From: the human T2T-CHM13v2.0 reference genome, Homo sapiens
Strand: one strand, 5' to 3'
NCBI RefSeq assembly: GCF_009914755.1
Contig: NC_060947.1
DNA: 64,000 nucleotides
This document shows, one piece after another, positions 59,980 to 64,000 of the stretch (position 1 is its first letter; every line of letters begins with the position of its first letter). The notes under the pieces were generated by a model. The model was given only the letters and a program-made list of their open reading frames with translations, was not told the origin of the DNA and made no database searches. The translations under genes were made by a program, and so were the position numbers.

Positions 59980-60470
59980 GCCATAGCCCTGCATGCTGTA
60001 ACTCCTATGATGTCCCTGGCCCTCCTCTCCAGCTTCTCTCTACCTTGTTCATTCTGCTGGACTCACACTGGGACACTCCAAGCTCTCTCATGCCTCAGAG
60101 CCTTTGCTCTTGCTACTCTCTGTTCTGGGAATGATTTTCCTTCAGATCTGTGCATACTATACCTTTTTCACTTCTTTCAGGTCTCTGCTCCAATATTCCC
60201 TTCTTATATAGAGCCTTCCTGGACTACCCTGCCTGAAATAGCACCCTCCTCTCAATGACTTTATCTCCTTACCCTCCATCATTTTCTTTACAGACATATG
60301 CAGACTTGTATATTTACTTATTTTTTTGGTTGTCTATTAATGTCTCATTCACCAGCATGTGGACTCTGTGAGGACAAAGACTTGGACTGATGTGATCACT
60401 TGTACACCTTGAACAGAGACTGACATACATAGTTACTCCATCATATTTGCTAAATGAATGATTGAATTCA
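59980..60470 (+). mobile_element. L2a 3' end
   Basis: gcctcagagcctttgctcttgct...ctctgtgaggacaaagac...atatttgctaaatgaatga. Confidence 0.8.
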
Positions 60471-61596
60471 TGTGCATGTTTTCCATTCTATCATATAATC
60501 CTTTTTTTTTTTTCATTCCTCTCTGAGGAGGAAATGCATTTTCCATTCCTTTCTCTCTGGGGGATGTTTTCTGCCACTTGTGGCTCTTTATTAGCTGTTT
60601 GTTGGGGATTTGGTTTTGAAAAACATTTGATGCATCCATTTAACTTTTGGACAAATACTAGATTTGAGCAGCAGATTTTATTTCTATGGTCTCTTAAATT
60701 AGTTTTTTAGCTTGTGCTTCTTTATTAAGCCCAGGCTAGATAATAGCTTTATGTTTTCTATGTGCCAAAGTAAAAATCAGGAGATGATTTAAAATTTTCC
60801 ATTAGACATATATTTACAAAAATAAAACCTTACAAGAATTGATTACATAAGACTGTGTTATTTAAGTGGCCTGGTATAGCATGTGCTTTCTCTTACCTGA
60901 AGAATCTTAGGAAGGAATGTGTATATTTATATCCTACTTTTTTCAGAAGAGGACTTGAGGCAGAGTGTATACACAATAGGAGAAAATTAGTAAATTGTGG
61001 CAAGGCAAAAATAAGTTTTTAAGAAGTGAAGATTTCCCCCCACAGAAATATGCCAGCCCTTACATTAAAATGTGAAAAATGAGAAGCTTCCAATAGGATT
61101 TTTTTTTAATTGCAAAAGTGCCATTTGGGTGTTTTAATCACAGGAGAAGGACGATGGTGAAAATGAATTTATCTGTGCTCTTCTACATTAGGCCATGATT
61201 AGAGTAGACTAATTAAAAAAATACTTGAGAAATACTAGGCCTTTCAATAGATTTTTGGGTATTTTTATTTGCTTATTCTTTGTGGATCAATTGATAACAT
61301 TTTTATTAGCCTTCTGAGAATTAGCATTCTGAATATTTTGAGTGCTATCTCTGGATCCAATATTATTTTATTGTTCTGCCACAACATTTGCATTTCTGTT
61401 TCCTTTATTGTTTCCTTTGTGCATCATTTTTTTTTTTTGCTATTGCTCTGTTTGTGGATTGAGGTATCATAGAAGTCAGAAGAAAATTCAACGAAGAAAC
61501 CATAGCATCAAGAGTGTTTGCAATGCATTCAATTCAACCACCATTTGTTGGATACTTACTGTATGAGTCTTGGACTCAAGCACATCTACAGACCAA

Positions 61597-61656
61597 GCAG
61601 ATAAATTAGTGAAGCAGGGCAGGTGTGCAGATAAATTAGTGAAGCAGGGCAGGTGT
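61597..61656. repeat. Perfect 30-bp tandem duplication
   Basis: gcagataaattagtgaagcagggcaggtgt occurs twice in succession. Confidence 0.97.
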
Positions 61657-63670
61657 ACAGAAAATCAATTGCAGAAAAGCAATCAAGCTTTCTTTGTTTC
61701 TACTGAAATATGGTGTAAACAGATAACATCATAAACACAGTTATGTGAATGGGGATTATATTTTACCATGTACATGAGGAAATGTAAATTGAAAACAGAC
61801 ACAGTTAATAAATTATTAATTATTTTCTTTCATGTTTCTTTTTAATTTGGAATCAGAAAATGGGTGCCTTAACTTCTGCAAAAACATTAAGTGTCAGGTT
61901 TTATATTTCACATTGTGAGGTACAGGGCACCTTAATTCAGCGTTAAATCCTCTAATTGGCTTTCATATTTAATTTAATTTGATTTGATTTCAGGTTCATA
62001 ACAGAATGAAGCTCTTCAAAAATTGATAGTTTCCTTTGAAGAGGATTGTTGCACAGTGTTTTTATAAATAGAAGATGTTATTTCACTTTTAGTATTATAT
62101 TGCACTCCAGTTAAATAACTTCTATTTGGATCTCTCAATTCACACTATCAATAGTGTTTGAGGAAGATTAACTGAAAAAGTCTAGTTTATTCTCATAAAA
62201 TTTCAGATTAAGAAACATATTTGGAATTTGGGATTCAATTTCACACTTTTGGGAATATAAATCCAGCTATGACTTCTACTTCTTTTAATAAAGGAAAGTA
62301 GATGAGATTATTCTCTGACAAATGAAATTCCCAGAGATTCATTTTTGTGTAATTAATGAATAAAACTAATTCCTCTGTTGGCTAATGCCCTTGATGAGAG
62401 ATATTAAAAATATTTAGAAGGTAATAATGTCAAGTGCTAAATTGAGATGGGCATTCTTCCATGGGTAACATGTACCAGCGTCTATCATGAATTAAGAAGA
62501 ATTCAATATCCATTCATGATTTTAAAAAAAGAGACTTTCAGTAAACCAGGAAACTGTACTGAAGCAATACAGATCTTCTTGTCCCTGCAGTTCCTTAACA
62601 TCATTTACATAATGCTGTTGACATTGTTACATATTAACACTGCATCATGCGTCCTGCTGCCCTGGCTCTTTCTGATGTTGTAATTGTGCTTTTTTCATGA
62701 TGATCAGAAATGCAAGTCCTACTTAGAGTATGTGGGAAAATCTGAATAAGCCATTTTCTGATCATGTTAAATTTACTACCCATAATTTTTTAGTGCAAAG
62801 GTAGAACAGCACATCAAACAGCTATGTCTTTTCTTGAACTCTTTAGGCCATCATTGCCACATCCCTAGAATGCAGTATCTTTCAATGTTGACTAAGCCCG
62901 TGCTGTGCACACTCTGATGCCAGCAGGGAGGAGAGTGGAAGGTAGATGAAGGGCCCATGGGCTGAGCCAGAAGAGCAGTCCAATTTACACAAGGAATGGC
63001 TGCCTCTCATTCCACATAGCTTTAGATTGACCTGGAAGAGCACAATGTCACCACATCAATCAAAGGCAAGGGCAGACCTGGATGGTGTTGTGGAGTAATG
63101 GTTTCAAAAGCCCTCAAGGACACAGGCAAGGCTTCTCTTTGAGTACCATTGACACATAGGCCTTTGGAGGCTTCAACAGGGGGTCACACTGGATACCAGC
63201 AGAGTGACACACAGAGTAACAAACACCTGCTGCCAGTCCTGCCACCCTGAGGTGCTGTAGACTGGAAGTGGCACAGTCCAGTGGTGGACCATTGGTAGCT
63301 CAGAGCTACTTGTCCTGTGTCTGATATGAGTGAGAGCCACCCTAAACCAGCAAGTTAGTACCAATCTTGTGCAATTTCATGAGAGAAATACCATGAAGGC
63401 TCTTGGGAGAAAAATGCTTGCCAGACTGTCTTCCTAGAACTGGGACCTTAAGACCAGTCTATATATATGATTCCTGGAGCTCTTCAGGGCATCTGGGTGC
63501 CCCTGTGCAAGGGGTGCATAGGTGAGGTAGCAGCTCAAAGAGCACCTGGAAGGGAGAAATGGCAACTGGTGACCAGGTCACACATACAAGTTCCAGTCTG
63601 GGCAAAGTAAGTGCGTACCACCTGGGCAGCACTGCTGGCTGGGCCACTACTGATGCCTGAGGGGAAATTA

Positions 63671-64000
<330 letters not shown>

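Overview
This is primate (human-like) non-coding genomic DNA, intergenic or deep intronic, and well over half of it is interspersed repeat. I found no convincing host protein-coding exon, CpG island, intact RNA gene or prokaryote-type system. The only long ORF (13315-14703) is the 3' part of LINE-1 ORF2 in a 5'-truncated L1PA4-like copy. The other ORFs are Alu, L1, L2, ERV or microsatellite by-products. The window is a layered transposon record: L2, MIR, L1ME/MC/MB/MA/PA, AluJ/S/Y, MaLR (MLT1, THE1), ERVL (LTR16 with HERV16-like internal sequence, MLT2A, LTR33, LTR47-like, MER76-like) and hAT MITEs (MER5, MER53, MER58, MER63, MER94), with many nested insertions and readable target-site duplications (TSDs). 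The most unusual items are (1) a tRNA-Glu(CTC) 5'-half joined to a pyrimidine-rich/CAG segment and a poly(A) tract (45015-45094, minus strand), (2) a MER53 hairpin carrying a near-miR-1302 sequence, (3) a motif-dense repeat-free block with a 69-bp tandem duplication (37516-38042), (4) a TSD-less L1PA inside a MER5, and (5) two twin-primed inverted old L1s. I cannot support a new multi-gene system here. Family and subfamily names come from remembered consensus sequences, not a database search, and boundaries of old repeats are approximate (tens of bp).
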